In this document: one piece after another, positions 20,588 through 31,144 of the stretch
How the letters are laid out: the number at the start of each line of letters is the position of its first letter
Position numbering within the stretch: position 1 is the stretch's first letter
Origin: Candidatus Poribacteria bacterium
GTDB taxonomy: Bacteria; Poribacteria; WGA-4E; JAJDTR01
Reading direction: 5' to 3'
Assembly: GCA_965222225.1 (NCBI GenBank)
Contig: CBDCTK010000002.1
Coordinates: forward strand, 192,001-256,000
DNA length: 64,000 nt
The notes under the pieces: model-generated
What the model was told of the DNA's origin: nothing
The model's database searches: none
Seen by the model: only the letters and a program-made list of their open reading frames with translations
Program-made: the position numbers and the translations under genes

Positions 20588-21397
20588 ATGCAGGATAAGC
20601 GAGTTCTTATCACAGGTGCGGGGACCGGAATCGGACGGGAAGTCGCACTGGAATTTGCAAGAGAAGGCGCTGTGGTCGCGCTTCATTACGCCCACAGTGC
20701 AGACGGCGCTGAGTCCGCCGTAGCGGAGATCGAGGGTGCGGGCGGACAAGCGGCAGCTTTCAAAGCAGACTTCACAGATGTCAACGCGGTCAAGCAATTG
20801 GCAAACCAGGCGGTCGAATTTCTCGGAGGGCTTGATGTGCTCATCAACAACGCCGGAATAACGATGAACCTGCCGTTTGAGGAAGTGACCCCCGAACAGT
20901 TTGATACGTTGTACAACGTGAACATACGCGCTCAGTTCTTTCTTACGCAAGCCGCGCTATCACAGTTGATTGAGAGCCAAGGGATTGTCATCAACCTTTC
21001 GTCCATTCACGCCTTTGAAGCCTACCCCGAGCACTCAGTATATGCGGGTACCAAGGGCGCAATTGTCGCTTACACTCGCGAGCTCTCAATAGAATTGGCG
21101 GTGAAAGGCGTGCGAGTGAACGCAATTGCCCCGGGAGCGGTCGAAGTGGAAAATCACTACAAAGTTGTTCCTGATTACGACCCGAAGGCAAATGGCGAGA
21201 TGATTCCCTGTGGCTTTGAAGGGGTGCCGCTGGATATCGCTCGGGTCGCCGTTTTCCTTGCCTCCGATGATGCTCGGTATATTGTTGGGCAGACACTCCT
21301 TGTAGATGGCGGCACCACCTCCTGGATGCCGTTTAACGATGACTTCCGAAAACGCGGAGACGTTCGCTTTGGGAAAGGGTACGTGCCGGGAATATAG
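20588..21397 (+). CDS. SDR-family oxidoreductase
   Basis: LITGAGTGIG, NNAG, YAGTK and VRVNAIAPG. Start chosen at MQDKRVL. Confidence 0.93.
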   Translation: MQDKRVLITGAGTGIGREVALEFAREGAVVALHYAHSADGAESAVAEIEGAGGQAAAFKADFTDVNAVKQLANQAVEFLGGLDVLINNAGITMNLPFEEVTPEQFDTLYNVNIRAQFFLTQAALSQLIESQGIVINLSSIHAFEAYPEHSVYAGTKGAIVAYTRELSIELAVKGVRVNAIAPGAVEVENHYKVVPDYDPKANGEMIPCGFEGVPLDIARVAVFLASDDARYIVGQTLLVDGGTTSWMPFNDDFRKRGDVRFGKGYVPGI

Positions 21398-21417
21398 CAG
21401 CGAAACAGATCCGGGGG

Positions 21418-23484
21418 ATGGCAATGTGGTTGGGATTAGCCGCCTTATTGGCAATCGCGATAGCAGTGGGCATAGAAAACAGGGCAGAGGGGACAACACC
21501 GACAATGGAAGAATTGGATATTTCAAGAGCGTGGGTTGCAACTCACTTTGAATCTAGTGACGCCGCTCCGCCTTTTTCCTTTCGTTATGGCGGTCAGCCT
21601 GTGACGGAGGCTCTCCAGGCGTGGCGAACAGACAGTGTGGTGCGGAAACTGGGTGACTCGCGGACTGAAAGGACGCTCACCTATGCTGACCCGAAATCCG
21701 GGCTTGAAGTGCGATGTGTGGTTATTGAATACAGTGACTATCCCGCTGTCGAATGGACTGTTTTCTTTGAGAACAAGGGCAGCGACACGACACCGGTTCT
21801 TTCCGATGTTCAAGCGGCGAATTTTTCGCTCTCAAGTGCTGCACCGGGAGACTTTGTCGTATATCATGCAGACGGAAGCCACGCTGCTCCGACGGATTTT
21901 CACCCACGCGATACAAAACTAACCCGCGGGAAAGAACTACGCTTTGCGCCGTATGGAGGAAGGTCTTCGGATGGTGTTCTCCCGTTTTTCAATCTCAAGC
22001 AACCCGACGGCAATGGCATGATAGCCGCGATCGGCTGGACCGGACAGTGGGCGGCATCGTTCACACAGAAGAGCGACGTAGATGTCAAGTTTCAAGCCGG
22101 AATGGAGACTACCCACCTGAAATTGTACCCCGGCGAAAAAATTAGGACGCCGTCAATCCTGTTGTGCTTTTGGAACGACAATCGGAAGCATAGCCAGAAT
22201 TTGTTGAGAAGCCTGTTGCTCAATCACTATTCGCCTACCTCTGATGGAGTTCTAGCCGATGTGCCCGTTGGCGCATCGCCTCATAGTGAGATTCCCTTTG
22301 AATCAACCACGGAAACTAACATGATTGAAGGGATTACAAAGGTGACCTCACACAATCTACCGATTGACACGTGGTGGATTGATGCGGGTTGGTATTTATG
22401 CCCCGATGCTGTGACCGGCGGGCGAAATTGGGCGAAAGGCGTTGGCAACTGGGATGCCGACCCTGAACGCTATCCCAACGGCATGAAACCTGTAGCGGAC
22501 GCCGCACATCAGAACGGTTTGAAGTTTCTGCTGTGGTTTGAACCCGAGCGCGTCATGCCCGGTACGTGGCTTTACGAAAACCACCCGGATTGGCTGCTGG
22601 CACCGCCGACGCGCCTTCCTCCGGAGCTCCAATACGAAGGGAGGGACGGATTCCATCTGTTGGACTTAGGCAATTCGAAGGCACTCGCGTGGGCGAAGGA
22701 GACGTTTTCAGGAATGATTAGAGACGTGGGGATTGACATATACCGCCATGACTGCAATATCTACCCTTTGCACTATTGGCGGAAGGGCGAAGCGCCGGAC
22801 AGGCAGGGCATGAACGAGATTCGGTACATCCTGGGGCTTTATGACTTTTTTGACTCGCTCCAGCGCGGGAACCCGAATCTCCTTATCGACAACTGTGCGA
22901 GCGGCGGCAGGAGACTTGACTTCGAGATGTTGCGTCGGTCAGCCGCGCTGTGGCGGAGCGACGACTGCTGGAATGCAGATGCGGAACAGAGCATGACTTA
23001 CGGGCTGTCGCTCTGGATGCCGCTGCACGGCGTGGGTTCGATTTCAGTCAATCCGTATGATTTTCGCAGTGGTATGGGAGCCAACTTTTCTGCGTCATTG
23101 AGATTTTATTCCGATCCCGCTATCTGGGAACCCGCTATAGACCTTTTCACCGAATACAGGTCAATCCGCCACCTGTATCATGGAGATTTCTACCCGCTCA
23201 CGCCGTACAGCGTATCTCCGCAGGCGTGGATCGCTTGGCAATTTCATCGGTCCGACCTTGGCGAGGGTATGGTGCAAGCGTTCCGCAGATCCGATAGCGA
23301 TGTCTCCGATACTGTCTTCACACTTCACGGATTGTCGCCCGAGGTGCAATACTTGGTGGCCAATCTTGATACACCGGGGACCTCTCGGATAACTGGACAA
23401 GAACTCATGGACAAGGGGATTTCTGTCTCGATAAACAAAGCACGGGGTTCTGCAGTCATCGTTTATAAACCGATTGATGAATGA
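21418..23484 (+). CDS. Alpha-galactosidase-like glycoside hydrolase (GH36 clan D), secreted
   Basis: Signal peptide, WWIDAGW, LWFEPE, IYRHD and IDNCASGGRRLD motifs. Confidence 0.88.
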   Translation: MAMWLGLAALLAIAIAVGIENRAEGTTPTMEELDISRAWVATHFESSDAAPPFSFRYGGQPVTEALQAWRTDSVVRKLGDSRTERTLTYADPKSGLEVRCVVIEYSDYPAVEWTVFFENKGSDTTPVLSDVQAANFSLSSAAPGDFVVYHADGSHAAPTDFHPRDTKLTRGKELRFAPYGGRSSDGVLPFFNLKQPDGNGMIAAIGWTGQWAASFTQKSDVDVKFQAGMETTHLKLYPGEKIRTPSILLCFWNDNRKHSQNLLRSLLLNHYSPTSDGVLADVPVGASPHSEIPFESTTETNMIEGITKVTSHNLPIDTWWIDAGWYLCPDAVTGGRNWAKGVGNWDADPERYPNGMKPVADAAHQNGLKFLLWFEPERVMPGTWLYENHPDWLLAPPTRLPPELQYEGRDGFHLLDLGNSKALAWAKETFSGMIRDVGIDIYRHDCNIYPLHYWRKGEAPDRQGMNEIRYILGLYDFFDSLQRGNPNLLIDNCASGGRRLDFEMLRRSAALWRSDDCWNADAEQSMTYGLSLWMPLHGVGSISVNPYDFRSGMGANFSASLRFYSDPAIWEPAIDLFTEYRSIRHLYHGDFYPLTPYSVSPQAWIAWQFHRSDLGEGMVQAFRRSDSDVSDTVFTLHGLSPEVQYLVANLDTPGTSRITGQELMDKGISVSINKARGSAVIVYKPIDE

Positions 23485-23695
23485 GTTGCAAGCAATGGTT
23501 TGCAGTTGTTTGCTCTTCTGATTTCTAGAAGCTGTTCTCTTTGGAGACACCCTTTATGCGGTGTTGCGCCCAAGTTGTTTGGCGCATTAGGACGGGACTC
23601 GGTTTTTGAATATGTGACAGGTTATGTTCATATGATCCAATTGTCGGCAGGGGGCATCTAATTTCAATCTGATCAAAATGAAAGGAGTTCAATCC

Positions 23696-24526
23696 ATGAC
23701 TGTGACGGCAAATAGGTATATGCGTCTTTGCAGCGCCTGTTTCATCGTATGTTTGGCATTGACCGGGAAAAGCCATGCTCAACCGTTTTTGAAGGGCATT
23801 GAGGCTATCTGGCTTTTTGATGAAGGTAAGGGAAAATCGGTTAAAGACTCTTCCGGCAATGGTCATCACGGCGACTTTCGAGGCAAGCCGGAATACATTG
23901 AGGGGAAATTTGGCACGGCTCTGGATTTTGGCGGGCCAGAGGAGGGGGATTGGGTACAGATGGACGACCCAGTCGTTGTAGACACCGTTGATTTTAGCAT
24001 GGGATTTTGGATGAAGCCTGCCAAACCACAAAATTGCTGGGGAAATGTGTTGTCCAGTCGAGATCAGGACTTGGGAGATGCGGGAATTGCCATTGCAGAG
24101 AGCGGCTGCCTCGACAATTGGTATAGAATTATCATTGGCGGCGTAATCAATTGGGATGGGGTAGGTAATCCCAGAAACACTGTGCGTCCTAAGGCGCTGG
24201 AGTGGAATCATGTAGTCTTTGTCCGTCAAGGCAGAGAAGGGATTTGGTATCTCAACGGGAAGCCGGATCGCCCTAAGCGGGGCAACTTTTACATTGACTT
24301 GGGTACGGAGCGCCCAGTGGGAGCATCCCGAGAAAATTTCCGCATCGCAACCGCCATATTCGCTGAAGGCAGGTCCTATAGGGGAGCTCTTGATGAAGCC
24401 TTTATCTTTAAGAGAGCATTGACTCAGCTTGAAGTTACAAAGGTAATGGAGAAGGGGCTGATCGGGGCACAGGCAGTGGATGCGGAAGACAAAATTGCAA
24501 CGGTCTGGGGACGGCTAAAGTCCTAG
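23696..24526 (+). CDS. Secreted LamG/ConA-like jelly-roll protein with C-terminal TxWGxLK motif
   Basis: Signal peptide (SHA-Q), WLFDEGKG...DSSGNG, GKFGTAL, EWNHVVFV, GALDE and C-terminal KIATVWGRLKS. Confidence 0.9.
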   Translation: MTVTANRYMRLCSACFIVCLALTGKSHAQPFLKGIEAIWLFDEGKGKSVKDSSGNGHHGDFRGKPEYIEGKFGTALDFGGPEEGDWVQMDDPVVVDTVDFSMGFWMKPAKPQNCWGNVLSSRDQDLGDAGIAIAESGCLDNWYRIIIGGVINWDGVGNPRNTVRPKALEWNHVVFVRQGREGIWYLNGKPDRPKRGNFYIDLGTERPVGASRENFRIATAIFAEGRSYRGALDEAFIFKRALTQLEVTKVMEKGLIGAQAVDAEDKIATVWGRLKS

Positions 24527-24587
24527 TCTAGAGTCGGAGCGCTGTTCATTTTTTCATTCACTATCCTATCTTACCAATTTGCATCAT

Positions 24588-24608
24588 GGTGGGCAGTGCC
24601 CACCCTAC
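24588..24608 (-). repeat. GTAG-type REP-like palindrome
   Basis: GGTGGGCAGTGCCCACC followed by CTAC. Confidence 0.65.
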
Positions 24609-24635
24609 AAACGTACTAAGAAAGGTGTTCAAGCC

Positions 24636-25466
24636 ATGACTGTGACAGCAAATAGGTTTATGCGTCTTTGCAGCGCCTGTTTCATGGTATGTTTGGCATT
24701 GACCGGGAAAAGCCATGCTCAAGCGTTTCTGAATAAGGTCGAAGGTATCTGGCTGTTCGACGAAGGCAAAGGAGAAACCGTCGAAGATTCTTCCGGTAAT
24801 GGTCATAACGGCGAATTCAGGGGGGACCCGGAATACGTTGAAGGAAAATTCGGCACAGCGCTAGAGTTTGGCGGCCCCGGAGAGAGAGATTGGGTAGAAA
24901 TGAAGGGGCCCGTTGCGGTGGATAGTGTTGATTTTTCTTTTGGTTGTTGGATGAAACCGCACAGTACGCAAATTTGCCACGCAACTATCTTGGGCGCCAG
25001 GGATGAAAATGGTTCAGACACCGGATTTGACTTCGACCAAAGCCAATGTCAGACCAATTGGTATAGGATAGTCATCGGCGGTGTAATCAATTGGGATGGA
25101 ATAGGCAATCCAAGAAACACGGTGCGTGTGAAATCGGAGGAATGGAATCATGTGGTCTTTGTTCGCCAAGGCAGAGAAGGGATTTGGTATCTCAACGGTA
25201 AGCCGGATCGCCCTAAGCGGGGCGATTTTTACGTTGACTTAGGCTCGGAACGCCCGGTGACACCCGGCAAAGAAAACTTCCGCATTGGCGCGCCCATATA
25301 TGATGACGGTCTACCCTACAGGGGTGTTCTTGACGAAGTCTTTATCTTCAAAAGGGCACTATCTCAAGTTGAAGTTACCACAGTGATGGAAAAGGGAGTT
25401 GTCGGAGCGCAGGCGGTTGACGCGAATGACAAAATTGCAACCGTGTGGGGACGGATAAAATCCTAA
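24636..25466 (+). CDS. Secreted LamG-like protein, tandem paralog 2
   Basis: Colinear with 23696-24526. C-terminal KIATVWGRIKS. Confidence 0.9.
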   Translation: MTVTANRFMRLCSACFMVCLALTGKSHAQAFLNKVEGIWLFDEGKGETVEDSSGNGHNGEFRGDPEYVEGKFGTALEFGGPGERDWVEMKGPVAVDSVDFSFGCWMKPHSTQICHATILGARDENGSDTGFDFDQSQCQTNWYRIVIGGVINWDGIGNPRNTVRVKSEEWNHVVFVRQGREGIWYLNGKPDRPKRGDFYVDLGSERPVTPGKENFRIGAPIYDDGLPYRGVLDEVFIFKRALSQVEVTTVMEKGVVGAQAVDANDKIATVWGRIKS

Positions 25467-25674
25467 TCTTCAGTCAAATCACTTTTTCGTTTTTACTCTT
25501 AACGCTTTATTCGTTAAGTTGGACTTTGTAGATTTAAGCAGCATAACAGACGGTGCGAATCAAGCGTTCAAGAAGAGTGCCGACGTTTTGACTATCTGGC
25601 GTTCTTATATCATTTCCGTATATTTGCAGTGTCTCAATAGCATCAATCGAGCCTTTCCGCTAAGGGACAGGACG

Positions 25675-25832
25675 GTCTCTATCGGACTGAGATCACTATC
25701 TCACGGGATTTACTATGGGCGTTCTATTGAGGTCACTATGGGATTTACTATCGCCTTAGGATCTCTATCGCGCTTCCTTTTCGGTCGCTTGATCTATCCG
25801 CTCAGTTGATCGTTACTCGCTCGGTCGATCCT
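25675..25832 (+). repeat. Dispersed CTAT/GATC periodic intergenic element, copy 3 (longest)
   Basis: CTAT at 25679, 25696, 25713, 25724, 25736, 25748 and 25765. GATC at 25791, 25808 and 25827. Confidence 0.7.
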
Positions 25833-26115
25833 TGTTCAGCCGCTTAAATTATATATTCGTTTAATCTCCGATAAGCTCTTGCTGAAGTGCAAGACCTACC
25901 GACACTTAGAAGTGAGCCACAGGACTGTTACGAGGGTTTTGCTGCAGCGGAACACCATGTTAGGTTTGCGTAAGAATGGCGATTATTTCGGCACCTCAGT
26001 CCAGACCGAGCAGTTAGGGAGCACGCCGGGCAGGGAAGAAACCGGGTTTTCAGGAAAAACTCGGTTTCGAACCAAATGGTGCTACTATACATCTGATACG
26101 AAAGGAGTTTAAACC

Positions 26116-26946
26116 GTGACAATGACCGTAACTAGATTAGCGCGTTCTTGTATTGCCTTTTTCGTCGTCTGTTTGACCTTGACCGGGAATAGTCATGCTC
26201 AACCATTTTTGAAGGATGTTGTGGCTATGTGGCTCTTTGATGAAGGTAGAGGCAAAGCGGTCAAAGACTCGTCCGGCAATGGACTTCACGGCGAGTTTGG
26301 GCGCAAACCGGAATTCGTTGTAGGAAAATTCGGCACGGCTCTGCAATTCGGCGGAGGGGAGGAGGGCGCTTGGCTCGAAATGGATGGGCCTGTCAAGATA
26401 GATAGTGTTGATTTTTCTTTCGGTTGTTGGATAATACCCGGCAAACCGCAAACTTGCTGGGCAACTGTCTTGGCGGCAAAGGATCAGCATGAGGCAGACG
26501 TCGGGTTCGCCTTTGAACAGAGCAACTGTTTGAACAATTGGTACAGGATTGTCATCGGCAATGTTATCAATTGGAACGCAATAGGAAATCCAAGAAACAC
26601 AGTCCGTCCGCAGCCAGAGGAATGGAACCACATCGTGTTTGTCCGTCAAGGCAGGGATGGGATTTGGTATCTTAACGGGGAGCCAGATCGCCCAAAGCGG
26701 GGAAACTTTTATGTTGACCTAGGGTCGGACCGCCCCGTGGGGGTCCCGCGGGAGAACTTCCGCATCGGTAACACCGTATTTGACGAACGCCGAGGCTGGA
26801 AGGGAACCCTTGACGAAGTCTTCATCTTCAGAAGGGCACTGAGTCAACTTGAGGTTACGAAAGTTATGGAACAGGGACTCGTCGAAGCGCAGGCGGTTGA
26901 CATGGAGGACAAGATCGCAACGGTCTGGGGGCGGATAAAGTCTTAA
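26116..26946 (+). CDS. Secreted LamG-like protein, tandem paralog 3
   Basis: Colinear with the two upstream paralogs. AAAGGAG RBS. C-terminal KIATVWGRIKS. Confidence 0.9.
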   Translation: MTMTVTRLARSCIAFFVVCLTLTGNSHAQPFLKDVVAMWLFDEGRGKAVKDSSGNGLHGEFGRKPEFVVGKFGTALQFGGGEEGAWLEMDGPVKIDSVDFSFGCWIIPGKPQTCWATVLAAKDQHEADVGFAFEQSNCLNNWYRIVIGNVINWNAIGNPRNTVRPQPEEWNHIVFVRQGRDGIWYLNGEPDRPKRGNFYVDLGSDRPVGVPRENFRIGNTVFDERRGWKGTLDEVFIFRRALSQLEVTKVMEQGLVEAQAVDMEDKIATVWGRIKS

Positions 26947-27491
26947 TCTTTCGTTTGGGTCGCTACTATAAAACGAGTCACAACAAGTGAAGGCAACTGT
27001 TTGGTTTACGAATTTCTTCCTTCTATGGAGGAGAGTCGCTCCGGATCCTACAGTTGTACGCGTTAGCGGTCGTTCTCTTATCTTCTAAGGCACAGCTTGT
27101 GGGTGCCCGTTGCCAACCATTACCCACTGTCTGCAGGTTTGTCGTAGGGAGGGTCGATCTGTAGTTAGCGGCAATCTTTACTCTGGAATGATCCTGTCAG
27201 TCGGTTGCGGCCTTTTCGCTGAACACTGAGACCAGCAAACACTATCAAAATGGATGTTCTTGCTGCCAAGGTCATCGCGCCAAGAGTCAAGAGAACGGCA
27301 TTCTTGAGGTGTTACCATCTCATTAGTTGGACAGCGGCCTTTTAAGGCGAAGGGCGAAGCCATCACGCCAGGAGAGAGCCCCGATTCAATCAACAGTTAA
27401 CCGAGGATCCTACCTTCAGCTTTCGGTATGGGGACGCCGAATTCGCCTAAAGTTTGCGGTCGTATAATCGTAAAAAGAGGATGATTTCACA

Positions 27492-28331
27492 ATGACACCA
27501 CTCAAATTGACCGACCATCAACTTGATTTTTTTAAAACATTTGGTTTTCAAAGTTTCCCCGCACTGCTGGCAGACCAAATTGACGAAATCGATAGCGAGT
27601 TTGAAGCGGTTTGGGAAGCACGTGGGGGCGGGCATCACGGCAAACCGCATGAAGGCAAAGCACGCTCCTGCATCGTTCCCTTCATCGATCAAACTGCACG
27701 ACTTTGTGCGCTGCTTGATGACGCACGAATTCTTGGTATTGCCACCAGCCTACTCGGCGATGACTTCAATTATATGGGCAGTGACGGCAACTACTATGTG
27801 GGCGACACCGGTTGGCACTCTGATGGCTGGCATTCGAACTTCTTGCACATCAAAATCGCGCTTTACCTTGACCCCTTGACCCGTGACACAGGCGCTATTC
27901 GCGTCATCCCGGGGAGCCACCTGCCCGGCGACACATATGCAAATGCGCTCGCCGAAAAAGTTGGTAAGAGCCAGGAATTGTGGGAAGCTCACGGCAAGGA
28001 TGTGCCCGCCGTCGCATTGGAAACCATGCCTGGCGATGTCGTTTGCTTCAATCACAACACCAAACATGCTGCATTCGGTGGAAGTACGCGACGGCGAATG
28101 TTCACGATTAACCTTTGCGAACGATACCCCGAAAGCCAATTGGATACGTTTCGCGGCTACATCAGCGGGCATGCGCGGTACTGGGTAGAACGAGTGTATG
28201 GGGAGATAATGGTCTCTACTGCCGGACCAGAGCGGATGCGCCACCTAGAGCAGGTCATGGCAAACGATGGGCACCTCGCTGAACTTGCCCGCCAAGCGAA
28301 AGAGGCAATGACAGAACCTGCGCGCGGTTGA
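27492..28331 (+). CDS. PhyH-family Fe(II)/2OG dioxygenase
   Basis: WHSDG, IRVIPGSH and KHAAFGGSTRRRMF. Confidence 0.92.
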   Translation: MTPLKLTDHQLDFFKTFGFQSFPALLADQIDEIDSEFEAVWEARGGGHHGKPHEGKARSCIVPFIDQTARLCALLDDARILGIATSLLGDDFNYMGSDGNYYVGDTGWHSDGWHSNFLHIKIALYLDPLTRDTGAIRVIPGSHLPGDTYANALAEKVGKSQELWEAHGKDVPAVALETMPGDVVCFNHNTKHAAFGGSTRRRMFTINLCERYPESQLDTFRGYISGHARYWVERVYGEIMVSTAGPERMRHLEQVMANDGHLAELARQAKEAMTEPARG

Positions 28332-28774
28332 AGAGCGCTCCTGTTCGTTCAAACCGAACGATTGTAATCTTCAAGTACATTCGACTCAAGGCATGATCAT
28401 AGATTGGTGATGCCATCGTTATAGATTCTCGCTCACAGCATCCCCATCCGTTTAAGCGGAAACGCTGAAGACAGATAAGCGATTATCTGTGAACTGTAAG
28501 ATTCCGTATCTGGTTGCAGTGCCTTCACTGACCATTACCCATCAAGACTATCATTAATAATACCATTTCGCTTGAATAATGATGCATATGATGTCTGGAT
28601 TATATCGTTCACTTTTCCGTAGGCGGGGATCAAGGGAGTCAATAGCGATCGCGATAGAGAACCCCTTGCCCCACCAACTTTGCGCGGAGACACGGCTTCT
28701 TACTCCGATCGACGCAAGATTCTTTACTTAATCCACGTAATTAATGCCCTTGCATTTTAGATAAATGGTATAAG

Positions 28775-30706
28775 ATGTCCGCTGACAACTCAATACGGGA
28801 TACCGCTGTCACGTGGCGCGCCATACTAATCGCTATCCTGCTGATTCCGTTAAACTCGTATTGGATCATGCAGATGGAGGCGATATACTATTCCGCGCAC
28901 TCAACGCTCATCGCGCTGTTTTTCAACGTTATCTTCAATGTACTTGTCTTCATGGGGCTCAACATCCCGCTTCGCAAGATTGCGCCCAAACTCGTGTTTC
29001 GGCAAGGAGAATTGGTCACCCTTTATATTATGTTGAGCCAGTCTGCGGCGTTGGTAGGGCACAGTATGCTGCAAATCCTTCCTCCGTCAATGGCGGCTCC
29101 GTTTGGGATGGCAACACCGGAGAACGAGTGGAGTGAACTCTTCGGACGGTACATTCCCACGTGGTTAGCAATTACCGATCAGTGGACGCTGGATGGATAC
29201 ATTACCGGGGTAAAAACGGAGTCCTCGCTCTATACGGCTCGGCATATTGAGGCGTGGCTCGGCCCGGTAATGATATGGTCGGGGTTCATCTGTGTTCTGA
29301 TGTTCGTAATGATCTGTATCAATATCATCATTCGAAAGCAGTGGACCGATCGAGAACGATTGACATTTCCGATTGTTCAACTTCCGTTCCACATGACCAA
29401 CCCCGCCTCCAAGTTGTTCTCGAACAGGCTGTTCTTGATAAGTTTTGGCGCGGTGAGTCTAATTAGTTTGGTAAACGGACTTCACTTCTTCTTTCCCTCC
29501 GTTCCCTATCTGCGTGTAAAACCATTCGATCTTGGCACCTTATTTACAACGAAGCCGTGGAATGCGTTGGGCACCACGATGCTGACATTTCGTCCGTTCA
29601 TCCTCGGACTCATTTTTCTCATTCCGTTGGACATCGCTTTCTCGTGCTGGTTCTTTTTCTTCTTTTGGAAAGCACAGATAATCCTCGGGAGCGTCATGGG
29701 ATTTCGCCAGCGACCAGAATTTCCGGAGCAGAGCACAGGTGCCTACATAGCCCTTTTCATCATTGCCCTATGGATTGGTAAGGGCCATTTGGTGCGAATT
29801 GTGCAATCAATATTTCATCTCGTCAGGAGGGAGGACAGAGACGATGGCACCACAGAGCCGTTAAGCTATAGGAACGCCGTGCTGGGGCTGATGTTAGGCT
29901 TCACATTTCTCGTGCTATTCTGTTGGAAGGCGGGTATGTCGATGTGGGCAGCGGGGATATTCTTTGCACTGTATCTGATGACGGAGATTGGTGTCACGCG
30001 GATTCGCGCCGAGGTGGGGTCGCCCATCCACGACCTGCACTTTGCAGGACCGGAATACATCATGGTGGATACGGTGGGAACGCGCAAAATGGGGGCCGCA
30101 AACCTGACCGTTCTCTCTTTCTTCTGGTTCCTCACCCGCGCGCATTACAGCGATGTGATGCCCCACCAGCTTGAAGGGTTCAAGTTGGCGGATCAAGCGC
30201 GAATGAACAACCGACGAGTCCTTCTAGCCATGCTCATCGCCACGGTCCTTGGCACAGTGGCCGCTTTTTGGGCAGTCTTGGATTCGGCGTATCAGCATAG
30301 CGGGGCTATCATGACATGGGCAGGTTTGGAACCGTTCAACCGGCTAGCCGGATGGTTATCGTATCCTACGTCAACCGACTTGGTAGGAGTGGGATTCTTT
30401 ACTTATGGGCTGCTGTTGGGAATCTTTCTGATGGTTATGCGATGGCAATTTCTGTGGTGGCCCTTCCATCCGGCGGGTTATGCGGTCTCCAGTACCTATC
30501 AGATGAGAGGTCTGTGGTCCATGTTTCTATTGGGGTGGCTTATCAAGTGGCTGGTTTTGAGGCACGGCGGTTTGCGCCTACATCGACAAGTCTTGCCCCT
30601 ATTCTTCGGCATGATTCTCGGCGAATTTGCGGTGGGTGGTTTCTGGGCACTTTTTGGGATTGTCTTCAAGACCGAGACATACGGTTTCACGGCGTGGTGG
30701 TACTAA
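28775..30706 (+). CDS. Polytopic membrane protein, DUF6785/DUF6784-like putative transporter
   Basis: Many TM segments. RKQWTDRERLTFP, RIRAEVG and WWPFHPAGY motifs. Paralog at 55438-57384. The family name is from recall, not a search. Confidence 0.75.
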   Translation: MSADNSIRDTAVTWRAILIAILLIPLNSYWIMQMEAIYYSAHSTLIALFFNVIFNVLVFMGLNIPLRKIAPKLVFRQGELVTLYIMLSQSAALVGHSMLQILPPSMAAPFGMATPENEWSELFGRYIPTWLAITDQWTLDGYITGVKTESSLYTARHIEAWLGPVMIWSGFICVLMFVMICINIIIRKQWTDRERLTFPIVQLPFHMTNPASKLFSNRLFLISFGAVSLISLVNGLHFFFPSVPYLRVKPFDLGTLFTTKPWNALGTTMLTFRPFILGLIFLIPLDIAFSCWFFFFFWKAQIILGSVMGFRQRPEFPEQSTGAYIALFIIALWIGKGHLVRIVQSIFHLVRREDRDDGTTEPLSYRNAVLGLMLGFTFLVLFCWKAGMSMWAAGIFFALYLMTEIGVTRIRAEVGSPIHDLHFAGPEYIMVDTVGTRKMGAANLTVLSFFWFLTRAHYSDVMPHQLEGFKLADQARMNNRRVLLAMLIATVLGTVAAFWAVLDSAYQHSGAIMTWAGLEPFNRLAGWLSYPTSTDLVGVGFFTYGLLLGIFLMVMRWQFLWWPFHPAGYAVSSTYQMRGLWSMFLLGWLIKWLVLRHGGLRLHRQVLPLFFGMILGEFAVGGFWALFGIVFKTETYGFTAWWY

Positions 30707-31144
30707 GTGGTCTATTCGCCAAGAGTAAAAGGTACAAATTCTACGTATTTTGGAGTTTTGAAATCAAAACATTCTAGAGCAGTGGTCAGTGACGAGTGAG
30801 AGAGGAAGAAAGTCTTCCACGCAAGCCTAATTCGATTGGAGTAAGACATGAAATTTAGCTGGGTCGTGCTGTGCCCAACCCAACTTACGAGAAGCTGTAG
30901 GCGGGGAAAGATGGTGCGCCTATTCACAATCCGGCAGGCAAGATGTCCTGCCTACGGCGGGTGGTGGCATCTCTATGGAGTGTCTATTGCAGCCGGATTT
31001 CTAATCGCACTCCTTGCTCAGTTGCTTAATCTCTACCTACCAAAATCTTTCGCGTCGTCGAGAACTCACCTGCCTTCAGATTGTAATGGAGATTTTCTCC
31101 CGATTGAGATCTCTTGTCTCGAGTAAAACTCGCTCCTACCATGT

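Noticed and set aside
25675-25832. CRISPR array
   Set aside because: Units are 11-19 bp, degenerate and contiguous, with no unique spacers. No cas genes in the window.
27240-27445. IS200/IS605 (tnpB) right-end remnant (DVLAAKVI; ...CTTTCGGTATGGGGA)
   Set aside because: The resemblance is too short and degenerate to support without a search.
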